This document shows positions 10,399 through 22,151 of a stretch of 64,000 bases of DNA, in pieces; positions within the stretch are counted from its first letter, which is position 1, and every line of letters begins with the position of its first letter. The notes beneath the pieces were generated by a model. The model saw only the letters and a list, made by a program, of their open reading frames with translations. It made no database searches and was not told where the DNA came from. The DNA comes from Bacillota bacterium. GTDB taxonomy: Bacteria; Bacillota; Clostridia; Christensenellales; UBA1431. The stretch is from positions 2,518-66,517 of the forward strand of contig JBMOLJ010000033.1 in NCBI GenBank assembly GCA_049324235.1. Direction: 5' to 3'. A program made the translations under genes and the position numbers.

Positions 10399-11417
10399 AG
10401 TTCCACCCCCGCTTCGCCTTCGGTGACCTCTCCGATGATTTGCGAGGGACAGCCCGCGGCGCACAGTATCTCGACCGCCTTCTGCGCGTCGGCGGGAGCC
10501 ACCGCGAGCACCATGCCGATACCCATGTTGAACGTGTTGAACATGGCCGTATCATCGATTTCGCCTTCGGCCGCGACAATGCCGAAAATGGGCGGGACCT
10601 GCCATGCCCCAAGCTCGATCCGCGCCTGCAGTCCTTTTGTTAGCATGCGCGGAATGTTCTCAAAGAAACCGCCGCCGGTGATATTGGCGGCTCCGTGCAC
10701 CTCCACCTGCGCACAGAGCTTTTGCATGGGCTGCACATACAGGCGGGTGGGCCGCAAAAGCTCCTCGCCCAGCGTACACTTTAAATCGCTCATATACCGG
10801 TTCAATGACTGGCCGTCGATATGGAAAAGCCTGCGCACCAGTGAGAAGCCGTTGGAATGCATGCCCGAGGACGCAAGGCCGATCAGCGCGTCACCAGCGC
10901 GGACCTTGCTGCCGTCTATCATTTTGTCCTTGTCCACGATGCCCACTGCAAAACCCGCCACATCGTACTCGCCGGGCTTATACATCCCTGGCATCTCGGC
11001 CGTTTCGCCGCCCAGCAGCGCACAGCCGGTTTCGCGGCAGCCCGCCGCCATACCTTTTACGATTTCGGCAACGCGCCTGGGCTCAAGCTTATCCAGCGCG
11101 ATATAATCAAGGAAAAATATCGGGCGGGCGCCAAGGCAGGCGATATCGTTCACGCACATGGCCACGCAGTCTATGCCGATGGTGTCGTGCTTATCAAGGG
11201 CAACGGCGATTTTCAGCTTCGTGCCCACGCCGTCCGCGCCGGCTACCAGCACGGGTTTATTCCGTATATCCGCTGCATCCAGTTCAAAAAGCCCGCCGAA
11301 GTTGGCCAGCGGGTTCAATACACCCGGGATATATGTACTCTGCACATCGTTCTTTATCAGTTTTACCGCCTCGTAACCGGCCTGTAAATCAACGCCTGCA
11401 TCCTTATAGGTGATCAT
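10383..11417 (-). CDS. purM: phosphoribosylformylglycinamidine cyclo-ligase
   Basis: MITYKDAGVDLQAGY and GADGVGTK motifs. Start trimmed to ATG 11417 behind AGAGGAGGAAC. Confidence 0.95.
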   Translation of the reverse strand: MITYKDAGVDLQAGYEAVKLIKNDVQSTYIPGVLNPLANFGGLFELDAADIRNKPVLVAGADGVGTKLKIAVALDKHDTIGIDCVAMCVNDIACLGARPIFFLDYIALDKLEPRRVAEIVKGMAAGCRETGCALLGGETAEMPGMYKPGEYDVAGFAVGIVDKDKMIDGSKVRAGDALIGLASSGMHSNGFSLVRRLFHIDGQSLNRYMSDLKCTLGEELLRPTRLYVQPMQKLCAQVEVHGAANITGGGFFENIPRMLTKGLQARIELGAWQVPPIFGIVAAEGEIDDTAMFNTFNMGIGMVLAVAPADAQKAVEILCAAGCPSQIIGEVTEGEAGVELCRKK

Positions 11418-11440
11418 GTTTGTTCCTCCTCTTGTCCTGT

Positions 11441-12832
11441 TTACGAACCGGCGATTGGGTAACAGCCGCTGAAGCACCCTGTGCAATAGCTGGCGCCGTT
11501 TTCCCCGTGAATGCTCTCCAGAAGCGCGTCTATGCCGATAAAGGCAAGGCTGTCCACACCGATATAATTCCTGACATAATCAAGGCCGTGCGCCGCGCAG
11601 ATAAGCTGCTGCTCGTTATGCGTATCGATTCCGTACGGGCACGAATGCACGAGCGGCGGCGAGCTGATGCGCATATGCACCTCGCGCGCGCCCATGCGCT
11701 TTAAAAGGCCCGCGATATACTTCGAGGTATTGCCGCGGACGATGGAATCGTCCACCAGTACGATGCGCTTCCCTTCCACGCTCGCGCGCATCGCGTTAAG
11801 CTTTATGCTCACGTTCATGGAACGCACGGTTTGATCAGGCTCTATAAGCGCGCGTCCGATATAACGGTTCTTGCACAATCCGATGCCGTAGAGGATGCCG
11901 GATGCCTCGGCATACCCGAGCGCTGCCGGAATGGCCGAATCGGGGACGCCGGTCACCATATCCGCCTCCACGGGCAGTACGGACGCGAGCGCGCGCCCGG
12001 CGTTCACCCGCGCGCGGTGTACGCTCACGGAGTCGATAACGCTGTCAGGACGGGCAAAGTAGACGTATTCGAAGGCGCAAAGCCCGCCTCCCGGCGCATG
12101 GATCTTGCGGCTGTGCATGCCCGTCTCGCTGATGATCACGATTTCGCCGGGCTGTACGTCGCGGAGGAACCGCGCGCCTATGGTATCGAGCGCACAGCTC
12201 TCGGAAGCCAGGCAGTAGCCGTTATCCAGCGCGCCGATACACAGCGGGCTGATGCCGTGCGGGTCGCGCACGCCTATAACGGCGGTCTGCGTGAGTATCG
12301 TCAGCGCAAACGCTCCGCGCAGGGATTTCGCCGCCTTTTCCACGGCCTGCCCGATATCATTGCACTGGCCCATGTTCCGCGCGATCATGTAGGCTATGGG
12401 CTCGGCGTCGATAGACGTCTGGAATATCGCTCCCGCGTCCTCTAGCTCCCTGCGCAGCGCATCGGCGTTCAATATCTTTCCGTTAAGGGAAATGGCAATC
12501 CTACCCGTGCGGTGCACGACCACAAACGGCTGCGTATTGGACGCGTGCATCCCGCCCTCCGGGCAAAAGCGCACGTGGCCGATACCCGCGTTCCCACCCG
12601 CGATGCTCTCAAACACCGATGTGTCATGAAACACCTCGGTAAGCAGGCCGGTGTTTTTTACATAGCTGATGCCGTATTCATTGCTTACCGCAATCCCCGC
12701 GCCCTGCTGCCCGCGGTGCTGGAGCGCATACAGCGCAAGGTAGCACACTTCGGCAGGGTTGTTTACCCCGTAAACGCCAAATACCCCGCACGCGTGGCAG
12801 GGCCCGGGTGCGGCGCATGTGTTTTTGTTCAT
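11441..12832 (-). CDS. purF: amidophosphoribosyltransferase
   Basis: CGVFGVYG Ntn glutaminase N-terminus and PRTase motif VLVDDSIVRGNT. Confidence 0.95.
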   Translation of the reverse strand: MNKNTCAAPGPCHACGVFGVYGVNNPAEVCYLALYALQHRGQQGAGIAVSNEYGISYVKNTGLLTEVFHDTSVFESIAGGNAGIGHVRFCPEGGMHASNTQPFVVVHRTGRIAISLNGKILNADALRRELEDAGAIFQTSIDAEPIAYMIARNMGQCNDIGQAVEKAAKSLRGAFALTILTQTAVIGVRDPHGISPLCIGALDNGYCLASESCALDTIGARFLRDVQPGEIVIISETGMHSRKIHAPGGGLCAFEYVYFARPDSVIDSVSVHRARVNAGRALASVLPVEADMVTGVPDSAIPAALGYAEASGILYGIGLCKNRYIGRALIEPDQTVRSMNVSIKLNAMRASVEGKRIVLVDDSIVRGNTSKYIAGLLKRMGAREVHMRISSPPLVHSCPYGIDTHNEQQLICAAHGLDYVRNYIGVDSLAFIGIDALLESIHGENGASYCTGCFSGCYPIAGS

Positions 12833-13326
12833 ATTAAAGCTACCTCTTCTTGCAGGGCAGCATCTTTTTTCAAAACGGCGGCTGCCATTTCTTCCTTGAA
12901 CTCAAGCATTTTATCATAAAGGCCGCCATAGCGCAGCGAAAGCATCTGCACGGCCAGCAGCGCCGCATTTTTTGCCCCGTTGATGGCCACAGTCGCAACG
13001 GGTATCCCGTCCGGCATCTGTACGGTGGACAGCAGCGAATCCAGTCCGTCCATCGTAGATGATTTGATCGGTACGCCGATTACGGGCAGCGCCGTATGCG
13101 CAGCCAGCACGCCGGCCAGATGTGCGGCTTTCCCTGCCGCGGCAATGATTACTTCGATCCCGTTTGCAGCGGCTCTCGAAGCAAATTCCTCCGCGCGCTT
13201 GGGCGTGCGGTGCGCCGAGATCACATGCGCTTCCACCTCAATACCGAACTGTTTGAGCGTTTCCACAGCATTCTTTAAAACGGGAAAGTCGCTGTCGCTT
13301 CCCATTATTATCGCAACTTTTGGCAT
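12829..13326 (-). CDS. purE: 5-(carboxyamino)imidazole ribonucleotide mutase
   Basis: MPKVAIIMGSDSD and ISAHRTP motifs. Start trimmed from the track ORF. Confidence 0.95.
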   Translation of the reverse strand: MPKVAIIMGSDSDFPVLKNAVETLKQFGIEVEAHVISAHRTPKRAEEFASRAAANGIEVIIAAAGKAAHLAGVLAAHTALPVIGVPIKSSTMDGLDSLLSTVQMPDGIPVATVAINGAKNAALLAVQMLSLRYGGLYDKMLEFKEEMAAAVLKKDAALQEEVALI

Positions 13327-13377
13327 CTTATGTATTTCCCTCCAAAACTTAGCACGGCCGACTGACCGCACAGTATC

Positions 13378-13407
13378 ATACTAGCAAAACAGCAGGTCCT
13401 ATGTCAA
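13378..13407 (-). promoter_or_regulatory. promoter of purEFMNHD
   Basis: Gene strand reads TTGACA (13407..13402), 18-nt spacer, TGCTAGTAT (extended -10; hexamer 13383..13378). Confidence 0.5.
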
Positions 13408-13427
13408 TACGGGGCGGCAAGCGTAGG

Positions 13428-13500
13428 CCGAAACAAAAAACAAGGTCCGGCCTCCAGCGTGCCGGACACACAGGCCGGTGACAAACGCGTTTGCACCGGC
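13428..13500 (-). terminator. tandem hairpins after guaB
   Basis: Two stems, GCCGGTG...CACCGGC and GTCCGGC...GCCGGAC. The second is followed on the gene strand by CTTGTTTTTTGTTT. Confidence 0.6.
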
Positions 13501-13544
13501 TTCTTACCCGCTTATGTCGTTATGTTCGATACATTATTGTCGCG

Positions 13545-15963
<2,419 letters not shown>

Positions 15964-15985
15964 AGCTCCTGCCTCCTTTATGCTA

Positions 15986-16015
15986 ACGAGAAAAGCCGCA
16001 GCGATTCCTGCGGCT
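15986..16015 (-). terminator. intrinsic terminator after rpmA
   Basis: AGCCGCAG / CTGCGGCT 8-bp stem with a 6-nt loop, then TTTTCT on the gene strand. Confidence 0.7.
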
Positions 16016-16049
16016 GATTGAACGCGTAAGCACCCTTCGCCCTTAAGCC

Positions 16050-16340
16050 TTAATTCGATGCGGCGTCAGGATAAACACTCACCTGCTTGTTGAACTTGCC
16101 CTTGCGCTCGAAGCGGACAATGCCGTCAACCTTCGAAAACAGGGTATCGTCACCGCCCTTGCCGACATTAATGCCTGGATGAATCTTGGTCCCGCGCTGG
16201 CGCACCAGTATATTCCCGGCAAGCACAAACTGCCCGTCCGCCCGTTTGGGGCCAAGGCGCTTCGATTCGCTGTCACGTCCGTTCCTGGAACTTCCGACAC
16301 CTTTCTTGTGCGCGAAAAGCTGTAAATCTATTTTCATCAT
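16050..16340 (-). CDS. rpmA: 50S ribosomal protein L27 with cleavable N-terminal extension
   Basis: [24 protein letters not shown]. Firmicute pro-L27 cleavage motif LF/A. Confidence 0.95.
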   Translation of the reverse strand: MMKIDLQLFAHKKGVGSSRNGRDSESKRLGPKRADGQFVLAGNILVRQRGTKIHPGINVGKGGDDTLFSKVDGIVRFERKGKFNKQVSVYPDAASN

Positions 16341-16343
16341 CGG

Positions 16344-16682
16344 CTACACCTCCTTTTCAATGACCTGCACATGCTCGGGATACTGCTCGGCGATGTTATT
16401 AAGCCCTAACCGCATCGTTTCAAACAGTATGCTGGCATTTACACGCGCCTGCTTCGCCAGAAGGCCGGGCAGCATACAGGAGAGTTTCCCGTCCTCCATA
16501 TGCACCTGCGCTTCGAGCAGAAGCGTTTCCTTCAGGCCGATCACCATCGTCTGCGCGACGGCTGAAACCGCGCTGCAAACGATATCGCTGCCTTCTTCAT
16601 CATACCCGGCATGCCCGGATATTTCAAATCCTGTAATACCCTGCGCATCCCGGAAAATAATAGCTGTCGTCATGGCCGTCAT
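16344..16682 (-). CDS. prp: ribosomal-processing cysteine protease Prp
   Basis: GHAGY...[11 protein letters not shown] motif. Sits between rplU and rpmA. Confidence 0.9.
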   Translation of the reverse strand: MTAMTTAIIFRDAQGITGFEISGHAGYDEEGSDIVCSAVSAVAQTMVIGLKETLLLEAQVHMEDGKLSCMLPGLLAKQARVNASILFETMRLGLNNIAEQYPEHVQVIEKEV

Positions 16683-16996
16683 GCCCCTGCAATCGCGGTG
16701 ATCTCTACCTTTGTATACGGCTGCCTGTGGCCCTGTTTCCTGCGATAGTTCTTCTTCGCCTTGAACTTGTACACGATTATCTTTTTCCCTTTGCCGTGCG
16801 CAAGCACCTTGCCCTGCGCCTGCACGCCGTCAACGACAGGCGTGCCGAAGACCGCCTCATCGTCCTTGGATACCATCAGCACGTCGAAGCTGACTTCGTC
16901 GCCTTCCGCATTAGGCAGCTTCTCGATATAGATCACATCGCCCGGGGACACCTTGTACTGCTTTCCACCCGTTTGGATGATTGCATACATCGTCAC
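16679..16996 (-). CDS. rplU: 50S ribosomal protein L21
   Basis: [14 protein letters not shown]. Start could be one codon later than the track ORF. Confidence 0.95.
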   Translation of the reverse strand: MTMYAIIQTGGKQYKVSPGDVIYIEKLPNAEGDEVSFDVLMVSKDDEAVFGTPVVDGVQAQGKVLAHGKGKKIIVYKFKAKKNYRRKQGHRQPYTKVEITAIAGA

Positions 16997-17080
16997 CTGA
17001 CACCTCCTCTACCCAGTCTCGCTGAAAGCAGGCTCCGTACAAAAACATACGGAATTCAGGCCCCTTCCAAGCGGCTTACC
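16997..17080 (-). promoter_or_regulatory. candidate L21 leader (long imperfect hairpin 5' UTR)
   Basis: Gene-strand segments CGCTG..AAGC..GGC..TCCGTA-loop-TACGGA..GCC..GCTT..CAGCG nest into one long hairpin before the RBS GAGGAGG. The position matches the Firmicute L21 leader. Not checked against a covariance model. Confidence 0.45.
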
Positions 17081-17085
17081 AGCGC

Positions 17086-17115
17086 ATTGTATCACACGAT
17101 ATAGCACGGTGTCAA
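17086..17115 (-). promoter_or_regulatory. promoter of rplU-prp-rpmA
   Basis: TTGACA (17115..17110, overlapping the rng stop), 18-nt spacer, TGATACAAT extended -10 (hexamer 17091..17086). Confidence 0.6.
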
Positions 17116-18653
17116 TATTCAATGGCATCCGGCCAGTTCTGAAGCACGGACTCCCTGCTTTGGGCGCCGCGCACCTGGAACTGCACCCTGTGCATATGCT
17201 CGTCTCCGATGAGCATGATCTTCCGCCCTGGAAAAGCCGGAAGGAAGCCTGCGTCCTCACCCTTCTTTTTCAGCAGGTTGGCAACAACGGACAGGTTCGC
17301 GTGCACTACAATCACCTTGCCCTCTTTTGATTTGGCGAACTTGATGATCTCCTTGCGCACTTTCAGGGCCATGGTATCCTCGGAATACACCTTGCCCGCG
17401 CCGTCGCAGTACGGGCAGGTGCTCTGCATTACGTCCGAAACGCGCTGGCGGATCTTGCGCCTGGTCATTTCCACCAGTCCCAGGCTGGTCATGCCCAGCA
17501 CGTTTGTTTTCGTGCGGTCGCCCTTGAGCGCTTCGCGCAGGGTCTCCACCACCTGCTCCCCGTGGCTGTCATCCTCCATATCGATAAAGTCGATGATGAT
17601 GATGCCGCTGATATCCCGCATTTTAAGCTGGCGCGCAATCTCCTTAGCTGCTAAAAGGTTGGTTTCCAGGATCGTCTGCTGGAGGCTGTCGTTGCCTACA
17701 AACTTGCCGGTGTTCACATCCACGGTGGTCAGCGCCTCGGTCTGGTCGAAGACGAGATAACTCCCGTTTTTCAGCCATACCTTGCGCGCAAGCGACTTGT
17801 CGATTTTGGCTTCCAGCCCGTACGAGTCGAAAAGCTCTTCTTCGCCGTCATAAAAATGGATGCGGTCGGTGAGCCAGGGCGTGACAATGTTGGACAAAGC
17901 CACCGCTTTGTCAAAATAATCCCTGTCGTTGATATATACCCTGTCGATTTCCGCATTGAATATGTCGCGAATGGTGCGGAATACCAGGTTTTCTTCCAAA
18001 TGCACCAGGCGCGGCGCTTTTACGTTATTGTATTTTTGCTGTATCTTTTCCCAGAGCCTGCCAAGGAACCGTATCTCGGACTTGAAGTCGTCCTCGTTCT
18101 TGCCTTCGGCCGCAGTCCGCACGATGATGCCCATGCTCTTTGGCTTGATGCCCTCGATCAGGGATTTCAGCCTGCCGCGCTCATTGCCGCCTTCGCCCTC
18201 GATGCGCCGTGACACGCCCACATAATTGACCGTGGGCATAAGCACGAGCAGCCGTCCGGGGAGCGTAACATGGATGGTGACACGGGCGCCCTTGGTACCC
18301 GTGGGTTCCTTGATCACCTGCACCATAATCTCCTGGTTGGGCTTTAAAAGGTCTTTGATATCCGGGATATTTCCCTTTTCCAGCTGCGGCGTCTTGCCGT
18401 TTCCTTCAAACTCAAAGCTTGACTGGTCGACATACACGTCGCCCGCATATAAAAACGCGTTCTTCTCCAGGCCGATGTCTACGAAAGCCGCCTGCATCCC
18501 CGGCAGGATGTTCTGGACGCGCCCCTTGTAGATGTTTCCCACCAGGCACTGTTTATGCCGACGTTCGATGTATATCTCAGAAAGCTCCCTGTCTTCAAGC
18601 AGCGCAACGCGTGTCTGGTATGGATGGATGTCTACCAATATCTCTTTTTGCAT
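17112..18653 (-). CDS. rng: ribonuclease E/G family (RNase G)
   Basis: N-terminal S1 domain (GNIYKGRVQNILPGMQAAFVDIG) and catalytic core DFIDM. ATG 18653 preferred over the TTG at 18671. Confidence 0.9.
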   Translation of the reverse strand: MQKEILVDIHPYQTRVALLEDRELSEIYIERRHKQCLVGNIYKGRVQNILPGMQAAFVDIGLEKNAFLYAGDVYVDQSSFEFEGNGKTPQLEKGNIPDIKDLLKPNQEIMVQVIKEPTGTKGARVTIHVTLPGRLLVLMPTVNYVGVSRRIEGEGGNERGRLKSLIEGIKPKSMGIIVRTAAEGKNEDDFKSEIRFLGRLWEKIQQKYNNVKAPRLVHLEENLVFRTIRDIFNAEIDRVYINDRDYFDKAVALSNIVTPWLTDRIHFYDGEEELFDSYGLEAKIDKSLARKVWLKNGSYLVFDQTEALTTVDVNTGKFVGNDSLQQTILETNLLAAKEIARQLKMRDISGIIIIDFIDMEDDSHGEQVVETLREALKGDRTKTNVLGMTSLGLVEMTRRKIRQRVSDVMQSTCPYCDGAGKVYSEDTMALKVRKEIIKFAKSKEGKVIVVHANLSVVANLLKKKGEDAGFLPAFPGRKIMLIGDEHMHRVQFQVRGAQSRESVLQNWPDAIEY

Positions 18654-18700
18654 GGTCAACCCGCTTTCCAAATGTATCTAAACCAAAAGTTATTGTCTTT

Positions 18701-19369
18701 TTATGTGCCGCATACGCAATCAAACAGGCTCCGCCCCCTGCTGTCCAGCAGGTCGATGCGCCGTGCGGCAAACGGCGTATCCGCAGGACTGCCAACCGAT
18801 TCCCACAAGGCCCGCATGAGGAGCGACGGCGACAGCGTGCCCTCCGCGCTGGCCCACAGACGCACCATGATGCCGCTTTCTTCCTGTTTTGCGCTTATAA
18901 CCATCGGGCGTATATCAAGGTCTTTTACCCCGCCCTTGCCGCGTTTCTGAACCACGATTGCGTCTTTGTCAAGCAGCGCCTGCATACCTTCCGTGAGCGC
19001 CTGCGTGTCATTCGCCGTGATGCAATAATCGGAGGCCTGCATCAGCGTGCTCAGCGCCGGACCGCCTTCAACCACGCAAACGGCGCAAACCCCAAACCCT
19101 GCAGGCAGGGTTTGGGCGAGCCTTTGCGCGCATTCCACTTCGCCCGCCTCTTCAAGGAGCTGAATGTCCGCGTATTCACCGGCGCTGGTAAACCCCACTC
19201 CGAGCGCCAGGGCAAACGAAACCTGCGCGTGCGGATGAAACCCTTTTGTATAGGCCACCGGCAGCCCCGTGCGCCGCAACGCGCGCTGGAGCATGCCCTG
19301 CATGTCCAGATGCGATATGAAACGCACCGGTTCCTCCTTGCTCAGGCGCAAAATCATCCTCACCGGCAT
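18701..19369 (-). CDS. radical-SAM-associated protein (TIGR03936/DUF2344-like)
   Basis: RFISHLDMQGMLQRALRRTGLPVAYTKGFHPH motif. Start at ATG 19369 behind GGAGGAAAT, overlapping the upstream stop. Confidence 0.8.
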   Translation of the reverse strand: MPVRMILRLSKEEPVRFISHLDMQGMLQRALRRTGLPVAYTKGFHPHAQVSFALALGVGFTSAGEYADIQLLEEAGEVECAQRLAQTLPAGFGVCAVCVVEGGPALSTLMQASDYCITANDTQALTEGMQALLDKDAIVVQKRGKGGVKDLDIRPMVISAKQEESGIMVRLWASAEGTLSPSLLMRALWESVGSPADTPFAARRIDLLDSRGRSLFDCVCGT

Positions 19370-21198
19370 ATTTCCTCCAGTCCGCAGCCCCGGCATCCGG
19401 TCCTGCAGTCCGGGGTGACCACGCCGTCATGCCCAGAAAGATTTTCATTAACGAGATACGCCTTTGTTACGCCGGCGTCGAGATGATCGTACGGAAACAC
19501 CTCGTCAAAATCGCGCCTGCGTACCGTATAAAAGCCCGGGTCGATTCCTGAGCGTTCAAAAGCCTGCATCCACGCCGTATAGTTAAAATACTCGTGCCAG
19601 CCGTCAAAACGGCATCCCAGCGCATGGGCGCGCTCCAGCACATCGCCAAGCCGCCTGTCCCCGCGCGCGAAACAGGCTTCGAGCACGCTGGTTTTCGGGT
19701 CGTGCCAGTTGAAGGTGATGAACTTGCGTTTGAGCCGCGCCTGCAGATACCGCTGCTTTTCCTGTATCGCCCCGATACTGTCCTGCGCCTCCCACTGGAA
19801 GGGCGTAAACGGCTTGGGCACAAACGTGGAAACGCTCACATGCACATTGAGGCCCCGCGTGCGCTTGTCCCTGTCCACGCTGAAATAGCATTCGACCACG
19901 CGTTCGGCCAAGGCGGCGATCGCGTCCAGGTCTTCGTTGGTCTCCGTGGGCAGCCCTATCATGAAATAAAGCTTGACGCGGTTCCATCCGCTTTCAAAAG
20001 CGTCGGTGACGCTTTTAATCAGGTCCTGTTCGGTAACGCCTTTATTGATCACGTCCCGCAAACGCTGGCTGCCGGCCTCGGGCGCAAAGGTCAGGCCTGA
20101 TTTCCGCACGCGCTGAATGTCCTCGGCATATCCGCGCACGAACGAATCGATGCGCAGGGAGGGCAGCGCTATGGAAACGCCCTGTTTCCCGTATGCGTCC
20201 ACCAGGTTTGTTATCAGCTCGCCCAGACGCGAATAATCTCCGCTGGAGAGGGAACTTAACGAAATCTCCTCGTACCCCGTGCTTTCCAGCGACGCGCGGG
20301 CCTGTTCCTGAAGCGTTTGCAGTTCCCGTTCGCGCACCGGGCGGTAGATATACCCCGCCTGGCAGAAACGGCAGCCGCGCGTACATCCCCTGAACAGCTC
20401 CAGCGTGATACGGTCGTGGACGATCTTCATATAGGGTACGATGATCCTGTCCGGAAACGGCGCCGCGTCCAGGTCCCTTACGACCGCTTTGCGTATTTTC
20501 GGCGGTACGCCGCCGCGGTTGGGCGCAACGCGCTTTATCCGTCCGTCATCGTAATAATCAACGGAATAAAACGCGGGCACGTAGGCCCCGGGAACCTCAT
20601 TGGCGATTGCAAGCAGGATCTCCTCCTTGGGAAGACAGCGCGTGCGTTTGTATACGTCAATAAGCTTTCCGGCCGATTCCTCGCCGTCTCCCAGCAGCAC
20701 CACATCGAGAAACGGCGCAAGCGGTTCCGGGTTGAACGCGCAGGGACCGCCCGCAACGATCAGAGGCATGTCCGCACCGCGGTCGGCCGATCTTAACGGG
20801 ATGTTCCCGAGTTCCAGCATGTTGAGCACGTTGGAATAGCTCATCTCGTACTGGAGCGTAAACCCGACGATATCGAAGGCGCGAAGCTCCGAGAACGTTT
20901 CGAGGGAAAAAAGCTCCACACCGTTTTCCCGCATGCACGCCTCCATATCGGGCCACGGCGCGAACACACGCTCGGAATACGTATCCCCGCGCATGTTCAG
21001 TACATGGTATAAAATACGCATCCCCAGATGCGACATGCCCACTTCATATACATCCGGGAAACAAAAGGCAAAGCGGACCTCAACGTCTCCCGGTTCTCTG
21101 ATGCACATGTTCAGTTCATTGCCTGTATATCGCGCCGGTTTTTCCACCTTCGACAGCAGGTGGTCCAGGGTATGTCGTTTCAATGCCGCCTCCCTCAA
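19360..21198 (-). CDS. B12-binding-domain radical SAM protein (TIGR03960-like)
   Basis: KPARYTGNELN N-terminus and CTRGCRFCQAG radical-SAM cluster motif. 612 aa. Confidence 0.85.
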   Translation of the reverse strand: MREAALKRHTLDHLLSKVEKPARYTGNELNMCIREPGDVEVRFAFCFPDVYEVGMSHLGMRILYHVLNMRGDTYSERVFAPWPDMEACMRENGVELFSLETFSELRAFDIVGFTLQYEMSYSNVLNMLELGNIPLRSADRGADMPLIVAGGPCAFNPEPLAPFLDVVLLGDGEESAGKLIDVYKRTRCLPKEEILLAIANEVPGAYVPAFYSVDYYDDGRIKRVAPNRGGVPPKIRKAVVRDLDAAPFPDRIIVPYMKIVHDRITLELFRGCTRGCRFCQAGYIYRPVRERELQTLQEQARASLESTGYEEISLSSLSSGDYSRLGELITNLVDAYGKQGVSIALPSLRIDSFVRGYAEDIQRVRKSGLTFAPEAGSQRLRDVINKGVTEQDLIKSVTDAFESGWNRVKLYFMIGLPTETNEDLDAIAALAERVVECYFSVDRDKRTRGLNVHVSVSTFVPKPFTPFQWEAQDSIGAIQEKQRYLQARLKRKFITFNWHDPKTSVLEACFARGDRRLGDVLERAHALGCRFDGWHEYFNYTAWMQAFERSGIDPGFYTVRRRDFDEVFPYDHLDAGVTKAYLVNENLSGHDGVVTPDCRTGCRGCGLEEICR

Positions 21199-21276
21199 CG
21201 CCCCGATAAAGGTATGGGCGTACTGGCTGTCACTTCAATTGATTATATACAATATTAGCATTTTTTTAACGGGCGG

Positions 21277-22143
21277 TCAATTTTTCTTGCCGTCGAACCG
21301 GGCGTCCAGCCCGTCGTCCAGCGCCCTGCGCACCAGCTCGCTTTCGTCGATTTCATAGAGGGCGCGCATATCCTCGTCCATGACCACGATCCGGCTGATC
21401 TGCGTATGCGGCAGTGTTCTGAGCACCTCGCCGACGCTCGCGCCTTTCCTGACCGCAACATGGCGCATCTTTGCCACGCGTTCCCGCTCAAACGTGTCCG
21501 CCTTGTTGGTCAGCGCGTTAAAGTAGCCGGACATGTTGGCGTTTTCCTGATTCGCGCCCATGAAAAGAAAAATCCCGATGGGCAGAGCGATCCATTGCGG
21601 CATACCTTTGACAACGCTGTATGCAAACAGCGCGACGATTCCCGCCGCTATCCCCCGGGACAGCCACACGCACACGCGCGTTGCGCGCATCACCCCGACA
21701 ACGCTCATCAGCATCGCGCGAAGCGCGCGCCCGCCGTCGAGCGGCAGGGCTGGGAGCAGATTGAACGCGCAGATCGTGATGTTTCCCGTAATAAACGGCA
21801 CGAGGAAATCGTTTTTTAGCACGTTGTTCTGCAATGCAATAGCGCCCACCGCAAGCACCAGGCTCATCACCGGGCCGAACAACGCTACCACGGCCTCACG
21901 CCATCCTGCGTGTTCGAGCGGGATATCCAGTTTCAAAACGCCGCCCAGCGGAAAAAAATAGACCTCGTGTACCGGAAGCCCGAGTGCGCGTGCGCAAAGC
22001 GCATGTCCTATCTCATGCAGTCCTACGACCAGTATGGCAACGGAGAGCATATTCCCCATGCCCGTTACCAGCATGACAGCCATGATCAAAAGCAGCCATG
22101 GGCTGATCAAAACCTGTACGCCCAAAATGGAAAAAAGTCGCAT
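21277..22143 (-). CDS. spoIVFB: site-2 (M50) intramembrane metalloprotease, SpoIVFB-like
   Basis: HEIGHAL and NLLPALPLDGG motifs with a C-terminal CBS-like domain. Trimmed to MRLFSILG, giving 288 aa. Confidence 0.8.
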   Translation of the reverse strand: MRLFSILGVQVLISPWLLLIMAVMLVTGMGNMLSVAILVVGLHEIGHALCARALGLPVHEVYFFPLGGVLKLDIPLEHAGWREAVVALFGPVMSLVLAVGAIALQNNVLKNDFLVPFITGNITICAFNLLPALPLDGGRALRAMLMSVVGVMRATRVCVWLSRGIAAGIVALFAYSVVKGMPQWIALPIGIFLFMGANQENANMSGYFNALTNKADTFERERVAKMRHVAVRKGASVGEVLRTLPHTQISRIVVMDEDMRALYEIDESELVRRALDDGLDARFDGKKN

Positions 22144-22151
22144 AACGCTAC

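Noticed and set aside
13327-13544. Looked for a purine riboswitch or other leader element upstream of purE.
   Set aside because: The promoter leaves only about 50 nt of leader, with none of the conserved purine-aptamer blocks. The remainder of the gap is the guaB terminator pair.
18419-19486. 355-aa plus-strand ORF across rng, the DUF2344-like gene and the radical-SAM gene.
   Set aside because: It is antisense to three well-supported genes and has Arg/Pro/Ala-rich composition. This is a GC-rich shadow frame.
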